Source of the DNA: Desulfobacteraceae bacterium
GTDB taxonomy: Bacteria > Desulfobacterota > DSM-4660 > Desulfatiglandales > Desulfatiglandaceae
Assembly (NCBI GenBank): GCA_030589715.1
Contig: JAUUVE010000001.1
Span: 1 to 27,461, forward strand
Direction of reading: 5' to 3'
Length of the DNA: 27,461 nucleotides
Part shown: positions 1-8,311 of the stretch, piece by piece
How positions within the stretch are numbered: position 1 is the stretch's first letter
Layout of the letters: each line of letters starts with the position of its first letter
Made by a program: the position numbers and the translations under genes
The notes under the pieces: generated by a model
What the model saw: the letters and a program-made list of their open reading frames with translations, nothing else
Told to the model about the DNA's origin: nothing
Database searches by the model: none

Positions 1-276
1 GATGACACGGGGGGCTTATGGAAACGTGATGTATGGTCTGACAGCTATTTGCCACGAAGCTGGAAACGGCGGATACCAAGGAAGCTGTTGACCTTCTCAT
101 GCGCGCGCCGTATTTCTATCCCAAGTGCGGGGGGTGCCGGGTGACCGACATTCCTACCGCGACTTACAGCGTCACCGTTGCTTTTTTGACAGGTTACGCT
201 TATCTTATGATTCGTCACGGTCATCAAGTGCCTGGCTACTGTTCCCTAGCCTGGCCACATTTTAGGGAGGGATGTC

Positions 277-1695
277 ATGCCTAGCTTAGAGATCTGCTTT
301 CTGACGGCCACTGAGTTAACCCGTCGCATCCGTGCCAGGGACCTTTCCGCCAGGGAAGTAATGGAAGCTCATTTAGCCCAGATCGAGCGTATCAACCCGC
401 AGGTGAACGCTATAGTCACGCTGCTGGCTGAGCAGGCCATGGACCAGGCTGCTGCTGCCGACGAAGCTCTTGCCCGCGGCGAGAAGATGGGCCTGTTGCA
501 CGGGCTTCCGATAGCGCACAAGGATCTGCACCTAACCAAAGGTGTCCGCACCACATTCGGCTCTCCCATTTTCAAGGATTTCGTGCCGGAGCAGGACGCG
601 CTCATCGTGGAGCGGCTGAACCAAGCCGGGGCTATCACCATAGGGAAGACTAACACCCCCGAGTTTGGACTCGGCTCGCAAACCTACAACGAGGTGTTCG
701 GGGAAACCCTCAATCCTTACGATGCGACCAAGACCTGTGGCGGTAGCAGCGGTGGAGCGGCAGTCGCTTTGGCCTGCGGAATGCTACCAATTGCAGATGG
801 GAGCGACCTAGGCGGTTCACTCCGTAACCCGGCCAACTTCTGCAATGTGGTGGGCTTTCGTCCTTCTCCCGGCAGAGTCCCGGTATGGCCCAACCTGGTG
901 GGCTGGTTTCCGTTAGCGGTGCACGGTCCTATGGCCCGCACGGTGCAGGATACTGCGCTTATGTTGAGTACAGTCGCCGGGCCCGACCCGCGTGCGCCCA
1001 TCGCCATCACGGAGGCGGGAAGGCTGTTCAGACGTTCTCTGGTACGTGATTTCAAAGGGGTACGGGTCGCCTGGAGTCGTGATTTGGGGGACCTACCAGT
1101 GGACCCGCGTGTGACAGCGGTCATTGACGGACAACAGCACGTATTCAAGTCCTTGGGCTGTGTGATAGAGGATGGCGAACCGGATTTCACGGACGCGGAT
1201 GAGGTCTTCAAAGTATGGAGGGCCTGGCGCCTCGAGCTTGCTTTTGGCGAGCTGCTGAAGACCTCCCGAGATCAAATGAAGGATACCGCGATCTGGAACA
1301 TCCAAGAGGGTGCAAAGTTGAGCGGCCCGCAGATCGGGCGGGCGGAACGTAAGCGGACAGAACTGTATCACCGCGTACGGGAATTCATGGATACCTATGA
1401 ATTCCTGATCCTCCCCGTGAATCAGGTGCCCCCCTTTGACTCCAAACAGCGCTATGTTGCTGAAATCAACGGGGTGAAAATGGCTACATATCTCGACTGG
1501 ATGAAATCATGCTATTACATAACGGTCACCGGTCTCCCCGCTATCTCGGTACCCTCCGGTTTTACGTCCGAAGGTCTGCCTGTGGGTGTCCAGATTGTGG
1601 GGCGACACCAGGACGATTGGGGTGTGCTACAGCTCGCTTGGGCCTTTGAACAGGCCACGGGCTTTTGGCAACGAAGACCGCCAATGGCGAGATGA
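277..1695 (+). CDS. Amidase (amidase-signature family), 472 aa
   Basis: Ser-cisSer-Lys triad motifs: AHKDL, GKTNTPEFG, GGSSGGAAVAL, GSDLGGSLRNPA. SD-like GGAGG upstream. No gatC/gatB neighbours. Confidence 0.93.
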   Translation: MPSLEICFLTATELTRRIRARDLSAREVMEAHLAQIERINPQVNAIVTLLAEQAMDQAAAADEALARGEKMGLLHGLPIAHKDLHLTKGVRTTFGSPIFKDFVPEQDALIVERLNQAGAITIGKTNTPEFGLGSQTYNEVFGETLNPYDATKTCGGSSGGAAVALACGMLPIADGSDLGGSLRNPANFCNVVGFRPSPGRVPVWPNLVGWFPLAVHGPMARTVQDTALMLSTVAGPDPRAPIAITEAGRLFRRSLVRDFKGVRVAWSRDLGDLPVDPRVTAVIDGQQHVFKSLGCVIEDGEPDFTDADEVFKVWRAWRLELAFGELLKTSRDQMKDTAIWNIQEGAKLSGPQIGRAERKRTELYHRVREFMDTYEFLILPVNQVPPFDSKQRYVAEINGVKMATYLDWMKSCYYITVTGLPAISVPSGFTSEGLPVGVQIVGRHQDDWGVLQLAWAFEQATGFWQRRPPMAR

Positions 1696-1696
1696 C

Positions 1697-1736
1697 GCAA
1701 TTACCAAGTGAAAAGGGACATCCATTGGTAAATTGC
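1697..1736. terminator. Possible bidirectional hairpin between the convergent amidase and cupin genes
   Basis: gcaattaccaa (1697-1707) pairs with ttggtaaattgc (1725-1736) with one bulge, followed by an A-run. Confidence 0.3.
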
Positions 1737-1795
1737 AAAAGAAAGACCGGATAATGAGCAGTCATTTGATGATATTCACTCGCAGGTCTAAAAAG

Positions 1796-2245
1796 CTACG
1801 ACCAACCCGTTGACTCACCTCCTTCGGTGGCAATCAAGACAAAAGCCATGATACACGGCTCGGTCCCACGGTTTTCCCAGTTGTGCATGGTGCCTCTCTG
1901 GATTATTACATCACCTGGTTTGAGATGCACCTCCCCTTCATCTAATTGTATCCAAATCTCTCCGGCCAGCACGATTCCGTAATCAATGGTATCTGTGCGA
2001 TGCCAGCGCTCAATGACTCCAGGCTCATATCGACAGATGCGAAAGACCGATCCATTGGCCAAACTTGTGCCAAGTTCCCAAGTATTGGGATCATCATCCG
2101 TCAATTGAACAGGCAGGTGGTTGGTAGCCCATAACGGGACTTGTTCAAAGCCCGGTCTGCCTGGCCGGCTGTCAATTTCGCTGTCCCACTTAATCATGCT
2201 TTTACCGTCTTTATTGCTTTCAGTTACCACTCGTCTGATTTTCAT
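1796..2245 (-). CDS. Cupin-domain protein (Cupin_2-like), 149 aa
   Basis: Cupin motifs WHRTDTIDYGIVLAGE and GDVIIQRGTMHNWEN. Confidence 0.88.
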   Translation of the reverse strand: MKIRRVVTESNKDGKSMIKWDSEIDSRPGRPGFEQVPLWATNHLPVQLTDDDPNTWELGTSLANGSVFRICRYEPGVIERWHRTDTIDYGIVLAGEIWIQLDEGEVHLKPGDVIIQRGTMHNWENRGTEPCIMAFVLIATEGGESTGWS

Positions 2246-2280
2246 GGATCTCTAAAACCCTCCTTGACAAATATTAGACT

Positions 2281-2296
2281 GACAAAATTTTTTGTC
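2281..2296. promoter_or_regulatory. Candidate operator palindrome upstream of the cupin gene
   Basis: GACAAAA-tt-TTTTGTC, 36 bp upstream of the cupin ATG, next to a second TGACAAA at about 2265. Confidence 0.25.
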
Positions 2297-2655
2297 GAAA
2301 TGCTGCCACCATCTTTGAAGAACCAGAGTACTTCTCAAATTGTTCCCAGGGAAAGACTTCCAATAATGAATTTGCAGTTTCAGCACTTGCCGACTGCAAT
2401 TTATTGAAAGGTATCTGATCGTCTCTGGACTTTCAACGAAATTCGTGTGCTTCCGGACCTAGCTATCTTGCGGTTTCAGATCCGGGAGGCCTAATTCATT
2501 GTCAAAGATATGGCTTCAGAAGAAACAGAAGGACAAGCGGTTCATTTAGGCTGGTTTTTTGATTCATTCCATAGAACAAAAGTCAACCTGGTCCAGAACG
2601 TCCCGTGATCCCGCTCTGCAGCTTGGCGGAAATGATATATGTCAATTTCGGGAAA

Positions 2656-2725
2656 GGGGATGCTCTTAAGTTATTGACTAATTCTTTCTAAAAACGTATT
2701 TATTTAGTTTCTTAAGAGCGTCCCT
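2656..2725. repeat. 70-bp element with 15-bp terminal inverted repeats (MITE/REP-like)
   Basis: ggggatgctcttaag (2656-2670) vs reverse complement of 2711-2725, agggacgctcttaag: 13/15 identical, with an AT-rich core. Confidence 0.55.
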
Positions 2726-2968
2726 GAATTCTCGAGAGAAGTAAGGATTTTAATGTGTAAGTAAAAATCTGGTTAAGAATCAGATTTCTAAACTTGTCAA
2801 CTGACCCCATAAAACCCACCCTTAAGAATCTATTGTCTTTGGTTGTCTGGGGTCGGACCAGGGTAATTGTTTGATATTTCAATAAAAGGTCGTGAATATT
2901 GCTTGTATTTTTGGTTTAGAGAGGCGATTTTGAAATAAAAATGGTGTTTTTGAGGGAATAGTTGTGAA

Positions 2969-3052
2969 ATGCCAGGAGCAAATCGGTACTACATCCCGGA
3001 TTATGCGTGGAGAAAACGGGTGGGAAATAGGGTCATGAATAAGAAATTATGA
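2969..3052 (+). pseudogene. N-terminal stub of an IS200/IS605-like (Y1/RAYT) tyrosine transposase
   Basis: Translates MPGANRYYIPDYAW then diverges and stops. This resembles the MPRANRYxIPGYxWHITHRC start of Y1/RAYT transposases as I recall it. HUH motif absent. CTGACCCC/GGGGTCGG inverted pair upstream (about 2801 and 2849). Confidence 0.5.
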
Positions 3053-3151
3053 AAGGAGAGCCCTCGAGGATTTTATCAAAGGTTTAGTCAGTGGGATCTG
3101 AGACCCGGAATTTAGAATTGATAACTGTAATTGAAAAAAGGAGGCGTGTTA

Positions 3152-3904
3152 TTAAGAGAATTTTGCATTTTCCCTTACTTGGATCAAGCTGCGAGGTGCC
3201 TTTTGAACAAGGAGATAACGGTCCGGTGTCAGGCGGGCAAAGACAACGGCTCCTGCGCATGGTGCCACCAGTTTCCTTTCATAATGATGTCCCAGAATTT
3301 GAAACAGCTCTACGCAACAGGAGCATAGGTGCGCGCTCCTGTCTATTGAATATGGTATTATTCCCTCGTCATCTTCCACAAAGAGACTGGGACTGATAAA
3401 ATTGGCGTGGTTAGAAGTGTGGGTTAGATAGAGGAAGTCAAAATCGTTTGCCTTTGACCCGAATCTTTTGGCCCATTTTAGGTAGATCCTTTTTTCTCTC
3501 TCACTTACCCGTTGCCATCTGTCGGGGAGACGCTCTTTGAGCAGAGGATCCTCCAGGAGGGCCTCTTTGTCTTCCAGGGTGGCAAGTTTTGGGGGCACAA
3601 AGTCCGATTCGGTAATGACAGCGGCCTTCCGTGATCGGTACCCTTCCAACTCGAATGAGCTCACTACCAGGTATTGTTCATTTCTTTCAGAAGTCCGGTA
3701 CCAACTACCCTGCCTGCCGCATGTGTCATCCCAAATATCGGGTGAAACGCTTGAAATCTTGTTGGTAGGGTCCAGGGGGGTGCAGACAATCCCCTTGGCA
3801 GATTTCACCTTGATGTCACGGGCAGCTAGCTCCTCTCTCATATGGGCCTCCTCGGATCTAGCCAGCCAATAGATGTGTTTCACATATGGATCCTTGGGTT
3901 TCAA
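3152..3904 (-). CDS. Hypothetical Cys-rich cytoplasmic protein, 250 aa (weak DUF169-like C-terminus)
   Basis: TTG start with a strong AAGGAGG SD about 5 nt upstream, long open frame, motifs CSCC and APCAGAVVFA. Function not recognised. Confidence 0.75.
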   Translation of the reverse strand: MKPKDPYVKHIYWLARSEEAHMREELAARDIKVKSAKGIVCTPLDPTNKISSVSPDIWDDTCGRQGSWYRTSERNEQYLVVSSFELEGYRSRKAAVITESDFVPPKLATLEDKEALLEDPLLKERLPDRWQRVSEREKRIYLKWAKRFGSKANDFDFLYLTHTSNHANFISPSLFVEDDEGIIPYSIDRSAHLCSCCVELFQILGHHYERKLVAPCAGAVVFARLTPDRYLLVQKAPRSLIQVRENAKFS

Positions 3905-4069
3905 AAAGCCCTCCTTATCTTGAGGTTCAAGTCCGGTGTATGGCCTTTGGCTTAGGGACCGCTTATCTCAGTAAGCCCTTTATGGTCCGGAAAGAATTAT
4001 GCATCAAGAGTAACCGGCCTGGTAGTGAAATGAATACTGCTACAAGGACTTTTCGAAAGCAATCATAAA

Positions 4070-4250
4070 CCCCGATGTTGCATTAGAATTTATCCAAATC
4101 CACGAAATACGCTATCATACAAGTCTGACAATTGATGCTAACTTGGGACTTCACCAGATGTGAATTCCTCCTATGTGCTCAATTTGCCGTTTTATGTTGC
4201 AGTAACAGCTATTTTCTCAAATGCGCCAGGATTCTTTTGCAACATCGGGG
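4070..4250 (-). mobile_element. 181-bp MITE / internally deleted IS
   Basis: Terminal inverted repeats ccccgatgttgcattagaat vs ccccgatgttgcaaaagaat (18/20). TAAA direct repeat on both flanks (4066-4069, 4251-4254). Residual AGGAGG SD inside on the minus strand. Confidence 0.78.
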
Positions 4251-4291
4251 TAAAGGCTATATCCAAAGGAAGCACCTAAATAATCCCGTAA

Positions 4292-4598
4292 GGTAACTAT
4301 TCAGGTTGTCGGGTTCACGGTTCAGGGTTGTCAGCTTTGCGGTCTTCATAATCGAAACCTTGGCCAATATTGTGCATCGATAACCAGGCGGCATCTTGTA
4401 TCTGTCTCCTCAGCCCGTAGTCCTTCACAGATTCTGGCTTCTTTGTTAGATGGTACACTTTTCGAGTCAATTCGCGCCTGCCTGTGCCACGGCAGACAGG
4501 TGCCAGTTGTCAGGCCTCAATATCTTTAAACCGTTCAATCTTCATGGATCTCTAACCTTGAACCGTGAACTTTGGAACTTTGAACCTGAGTAGCTACC
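4292..4598. repeat. About 307-bp region bounded by bipartite inverted repeats containing GAACC(T/G)T-type heptamers
   Basis: 4313-4329 vs reverse complement of 4554-4570 = 16/17. 4292-4307 vs reverse complement of 4583-4598 = 14/16. The right arm carries tandem aaccttg/aaccgtg/aactttg units. Confidence 0.6.
4475..4502. repeat. Short GC-rich palindrome (CCTGCCTG...CAGACAGG type)
   Basis: cgcctgcctgtgccacggcagacaggtg folds into a hairpin. Confidence 0.5.
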
Positions 4599-4641
4599 CC
4601 GAAAATACTCAAGATTGTGATCCATGCGGGCCAAATTCCTA

Positions 4642-4670
4642 TTGCACTGTTATGTCCGTTATGACATATT
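4642..4670 (+). promoter_or_regulatory. Putative sigma70 promoter of the moeA operon
   Basis: TTGCAC-N17-CATATT, 83 bp upstream of the moeA ATG. Confidence 0.4.
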
Positions 4671-4671
4671 C
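4648..4671. promoter_or_regulatory. Putative ModE-type operator
   Basis: tgtTATGTC-N6-GACATAttc palindrome with ModE-like geometry. It overlaps the promoter spacer, and a modE-like gene is in the same operon. Confidence 0.62.
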
Positions 4672-4753
4672 AGCTGGCACCAAGACGTTGACCGTAACAA
4701 ACCTTGTAAATACCCGAGCGGGTAACCAGAGAGAGCGATCTCACAGCCAGGAT

Positions 4754-6010
4754 ATGGATCAATTTTTCAAACTCAAAAGGCCCGATGAGGTCTTTGAAAT
4801 CATTCATCAGTTTGCCCCGGCAGGGGAAGAGACGATCCCCCTAGAAGACTCGCTGGGCCGGGTTCTGAGCCAAGGTCTGATCGCCCCCGAGGACCTCCCC
4901 GGTTTTTTAAGATCAACCATGGATGGATATGCGGTGCGGGCAAGGGACACCTTTGGCGCCAGTGAAGGCCTCCCCGCCCTCCTGGAGGTGACAGGCGAAA
5001 TCCTGATGGGCCGATCCCACGGAATTGAGGTGGGGGACGGTCAGGCAGTGAAGATCTCCACCGGCGGTAAGTTGCCAGAAGGCGCAGACGGGGTTGTGAT
5101 GGTGGAGTATTGTAGTCTCTTGGATAGCGAGACCCTTGAAGTGAGCCGGGCCATATCGCCCCTTGAGAATGTCATCCAGCCCGGGGATGATTTTGAGCAG
5201 GGAAGTACTGTGCTCAAGGAGGGGCACAGATTGCGCCCTCAGGATCTAGGGGTAATGGCAGGCCTTGGCGTGTCAGAAGTCACTGTCTTCCGGAGACCAA
5301 AGGTTGCAATCCTATCGACTGGTGATGAGATTGTTACCATTGATATGCAGCCCCGGCCCGGAGAGGTAAGGGACATCAATCGTTATACCCTAGGGGCCTT
5401 CTGCAAACGGCTCGGAGCTGTGCCGCTATATTTGGGCCTATGCCCTGACGAGTTTCAGCCGATGAAGCGTATGGTTGAAGAGGGGGTGGCCCAGGCAGAT
5501 ACGGTCTGGGTTTCGGGGGGTAGTTCCGTCGGGACCAGGGACCTTACGCTTGAGGTATTTGAGACGCTGCCTCATTTTGAGCTGCTTGTACACGGCATAT
5601 CCATAAGTCCGGGCAAACCCACTATTATTGGCAGATCCGGGCTGCAGCCCGTTATTGGCCTTCCGGGCCATGTGGCCTCTGCATTGGTGGTGGCGGAGGT
5701 CTTTTTGACGAGATTGATATCAAGGCTTGCCGGGTATAGCGACCCTATAGACAGATTTAGTAATAAGTTGGAGGCCCAGCTGAGCCAAAATGTGGAATCT
5801 TCCGCTGGGCGAGAGGATTATATACGGGTGAAGCTGATTGAAAAGGGGGATGGCCTGATGGCTGAACCGGTATTCGGAAAATCCGGGCTTATCTCCACCT
5901 TGGTGGAGGCGGATGGCCTTATCCGGGTGGATATGAATACAGAAGGTATATATAAGGGTCAGACCGTGAGGGTCATGCTTTTTGATCAAGTCGATGGAGG
6001 TCACGGGTGA
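4754..6010 (+). CDS. moeA: Molybdopterin molybdotransferase MoeA (gephyrin-like), about 418 aa
   Basis: RSTMDGYAV, STGDE, SGGSSVG, PGKP, GLPG motifs. Start moved from 4565 to ATG 4754 because the upstream extension runs through repeats and the promoter. Confidence 0.93.
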   Translation: MDQFFKLKRPDEVFEIIHQFAPAGEETIPLEDSLGRVLSQGLIAPEDLPGFLRSTMDGYAVRARDTFGASEGLPALLEVTGEILMGRSHGIEVGDGQAVKISTGGKLPEGADGVVMVEYCSLLDSETLEVSRAISPLENVIQPGDDFEQGSTVLKEGHRLRPQDLGVMAGLGVSEVTVFRRPKVAILSTGDEIVTIDMQPRPGEVRDINRYTLGAFCKRLGAVPLYLGLCPDEFQPMKRMVEEGVAQADTVWVSGGSSVGTRDLTLEVFETLPHFELLVHGISISPGKPTIIGRSGLQPVIGLPGHVASALVVAEVFLTRLISRLAGYSDPIDRFSNKLEAQLSQNVESSAGREDYIRVKLIEKGDGLMAEPVFGKSGLISTLVEADGLIRVDMNTEGIYKGQTVRVMLFDQVDGGHG

Positions 6011-7947
6011 AACGGCGGGTCTATCTATCCATGAAGTCCCTTAAAGAGGCCAAGGATCTCTTCTTTTCCCGATTCGGCTCCGGGCTTCGCACTGGGGTGG
6101 AAACGGTTCAGACTGAGGGGGCCTTAGGTCGTATTACAGCTGAGCCGGTTTTTGCGAAACGCTCTGCTCCCTCCTTTCACTCCGCAGCCATGGACGGAAT
6201 TGCCGTGAAGGCGGAGCAGACCTATGGCACCACTGAACGGTCTCCGAGGGTCTTGCAGTTGGACCGGGATGCCATTTGGATCAACACGGGACAACCTCTC
6301 CCAGAACCATTTGACTCGGTTATCATGGTGGAGAAGATCCATCAGATAGACGAACACCACGTGGAGATTCGAGCCCCTGCCTATCCCTGGCAACATGTCC
6401 GCAAGGTGGGGGAGGATATCGTGGCGACTCAATTGCTCCTTCCCCAATCCCACCGGGTCCGTGCCTATGATCTCGGGGCCCTTATCAGTGCCGGTGTCTT
6501 TTCGGTCAAGGTCTGGGAAAGACCACGGGTGGCCATTATTCCATCGGGCTCAGAGCTTGTCCAGCGTAAAGCTATTGGAGAGGAACAGGAACTAGAAGCC
6601 GGACAGATCATTGAGTTCAATTCTACGCTCCTTGCGGGGCTGGTGCGGGAGTCGGGTGGGGTTCCCATTGTCCATGATATCGTGCCGGATGTTGAAGAGT
6701 CCATTCGAGAAAGCTTGAAACAGGCCATTGAATCTGATGCCCATGTGGTCATCATAAATGCAGGTTCCTCAGCAGGCAGTAAGGACTTCGCTGTGCATGC
6801 CATGGATGAACTGGGGGAGGTCTTGGTACACGGCGTTACAATGATGCCTGGTAAACCTACCATCTTGGGTATAGTGAATGGAAAGCCGGTGGTGGGGAAT
6901 CCTGGCTATCCTGTTTCCGCAGCCCTTTCCTTTGAGCAATTTGTAAAACCCTTGCTTTACAGGCTCCAGGGTAGTTCTCCCCCGAAACGGGATATAATCA
7001 AGGTGCACCCCACCCGAGATATCCCATCCAAGCTGGGAATGGAGGAGTTCCTGCGGGTAAACATAGGGAAGGTAGGCGCAAAGTACGTTGCCACGCCCCT
7101 GCCAAGGGCGGCGGGTTCCATTACCACCCTGACAAGGGCGGAGGGCATTATTCGGATTCCAGCGCTCTCTGAGGGGCTTTCCCAAAGGGATGAGGTGCAG
7201 GCAGAACTACTGGTGGATGAGGAAGACCTGCTCAACACGGTAGTCATTATCGGCAGTCACGACATCACCATTGATGTCCTGGCAGACGAAATCAGGCGTA
7301 AAGGGTACAATATTCGTATATCATCCGGTAACGTGGGCAGCCTTGGGGGACTGATGGCCCTTAGAAAGGGCACATGCCACATATCCGGGTCGCATCTCTT
7401 GGATACCCAGACCGGCCAATACAATCTTTCCTACATCAGGAGGTATCTTAAAGGGAGGCGCATCAGTGTCTTCCATTTGGTCTTGCGGGATCAAGGCTTG
7501 ATCGTGACCAAGGGTAACCCAAAGGAGGTTAGAGGCATCAGAGACCTGGCTCGAGGGGATGTCACCTTTGTGAATCGCCAGGCCGGATCTGGAACACGCG
7601 TTCTTCTTGACTACAAACTAGATCAACTGGGGATCGAACCCAAATCCATCAAAGGATATGACCATGAGGAATTCACCCATATGGCGGTAGCGGTGGATGT
7701 CCTGAGCGGTGCGGCTGACTGCGGCATGGGGATTTTAGCGGCGGCCAAGGCCCTTGATCTGGACTTCATCCCCTTGGAAAGAGAACAGTACGACCTGATC
7801 ATCCCAAGTGGGATGTTAGATATACCCAATATTCGGGCGGTGCTGGAGACGATCCAGACCCAAGATTTCCGAGAAAGAGTAAAATCCTTGGGGGGATACG
7901 ACCCATCTAAAAGTGGTCAGCTGTGGATGGAGGTGGAAGGAGGGTAA
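6007..7947 (+). CDS. moeA: MoeA paralogue fused to a C-terminal PBP-like (LysR substrate-binding type) domain, 646 aa
   Basis: AAMDGIAV, GSSAGSKDF, PGKP, PGYPVSA, then GSHD, GSLGGL, FVNRQAGSGTRVLLD, GY..EE.TH..VA typical of PBP_like molybdate-binding domains. GTGA overlap with the upstream moeA. Confidence 0.9.
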   Translation: MKRRVYLSMKSLKEAKDLFFSRFGSGLRTGVETVQTEGALGRITAEPVFAKRSAPSFHSAAMDGIAVKAEQTYGTTERSPRVLQLDRDAIWINTGQPLPEPFDSVIMVEKIHQIDEHHVEIRAPAYPWQHVRKVGEDIVATQLLLPQSHRVRAYDLGALISAGVFSVKVWERPRVAIIPSGSELVQRKAIGEEQELEAGQIIEFNSTLLAGLVRESGGVPIVHDIVPDVEESIRESLKQAIESDAHVVIINAGSSAGSKDFAVHAMDELGEVLVHGVTMMPGKPTILGIVNGKPVVGNPGYPVSAALSFEQFVKPLLYRLQGSSPPKRDIIKVHPTRDIPSKLGMEEFLRVNIGKVGAKYVATPLPRAAGSITTLTRAEGIIRIPALSEGLSQRDEVQAELLVDEEDLLNTVVIIGSHDITIDVLADEIRRKGYNIRISSGNVGSLGGLMALRKGTCHISGSHLLDTQTGQYNLSYIRRYLKGRRISVFHLVLRDQGLIVTKGNPKEVRGIRDLARGDVTFVNRQAGSGTRVLLDYKLDQLGIEPKSIKGYDHEEFTHMAVAVDVLSGAADCGMGILAAAKALDLDFIPLEREQYDLIIPSGMLDIPNIRAVLETIQTQDFRERVKSLGGYDPSKSGQLWMEVEGG

Positions 7948-7948
7948 G

Positions 7949-8311
7949 ATGGTATTGCTAAAACTGAGGTCAAGGCATTGGGTCGTTGATGAATATAGCC
8001 GAATCATAATTGGTGAGGGGAGGAAAGAGATCTTAGAGAATATAGAAAAGACAGGATCCATAAACCAGACTGCAAAGATAATGAAGATGTCTTACAAGGG
8101 GGTGTGGAGCAAGATCAAGGCCACGGAGAAATATTTGAACAAACCGATAGTGCATGCGGATAGGAAAACAGGAACCTTTTTGACCGAGGAGGGAAAAAAG
8201 CTCCTGGAAAAATACAGGGTGCTAAAGGAGAGATGTCTGGAGGCGGATAACAGGATCTTTGACCGTATATTCAGTCGGGAAGAGCGAGTGATTGGAGGAG
8301 AGCCGGAGTGA
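7949..8311 (+). CDS. modE: ModE-family winged-helix regulator, DNA-binding domain only, about 120 aa
   Basis: GSINQTAKIMKMSYKGVWSKIKATE..LTEEG matches the ModE N-terminal wHTH. No TOBE/Mop domain. ATG 7949 follows the moeA2 stop directly. Confidence 0.8.
   Translation: MVLLKLRSRHWVVDEYSRIIIGEGRKEILENIEKTGSINQTAKIMKMSYKGVWSKIKATEKYLNKPIVHADRKTGTFLTEEGKKLLEKYRVLKERCLEADNRIFDRIFSREERVIGGEPE

Noticed and set aside
1-284. ORFs 99-284 (+) and 45-227 (-), and possible Sec-TGA readthrough in frame 3
   Set aside because: No recognisable family, several stops in each frame and no SECIS-like hairpin; cannot be supported.
277-1695. Calling the amidase gatA
   Set aside because: Lacks the GSDTGGSIRQP GatA signature and gatC/gatB context.
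4046-4065. gacttttcgaaagcaatca as a third end of the 134-bp MITE
   Set aside because: Only weak similarity to the TIR and no internal MITE sequence upstream.
2241-4555. 14-bp direct repeat ttcatggatctcta at 2241 and 4542
   Set aside because: One 14-mer match is within chance expectation for 27 kb and similarity does not extend.
4565-4753. 63-aa N-terminal extension of MoeA
   Set aside because: Overlaps the repeat arm, promoter and operator; not MoeA-like.
4672-4753. Moco/Wco riboswitch in the moeA leader
   Set aside because: The predicted leader of about 80 nt is too short and shows no recognisable motif.
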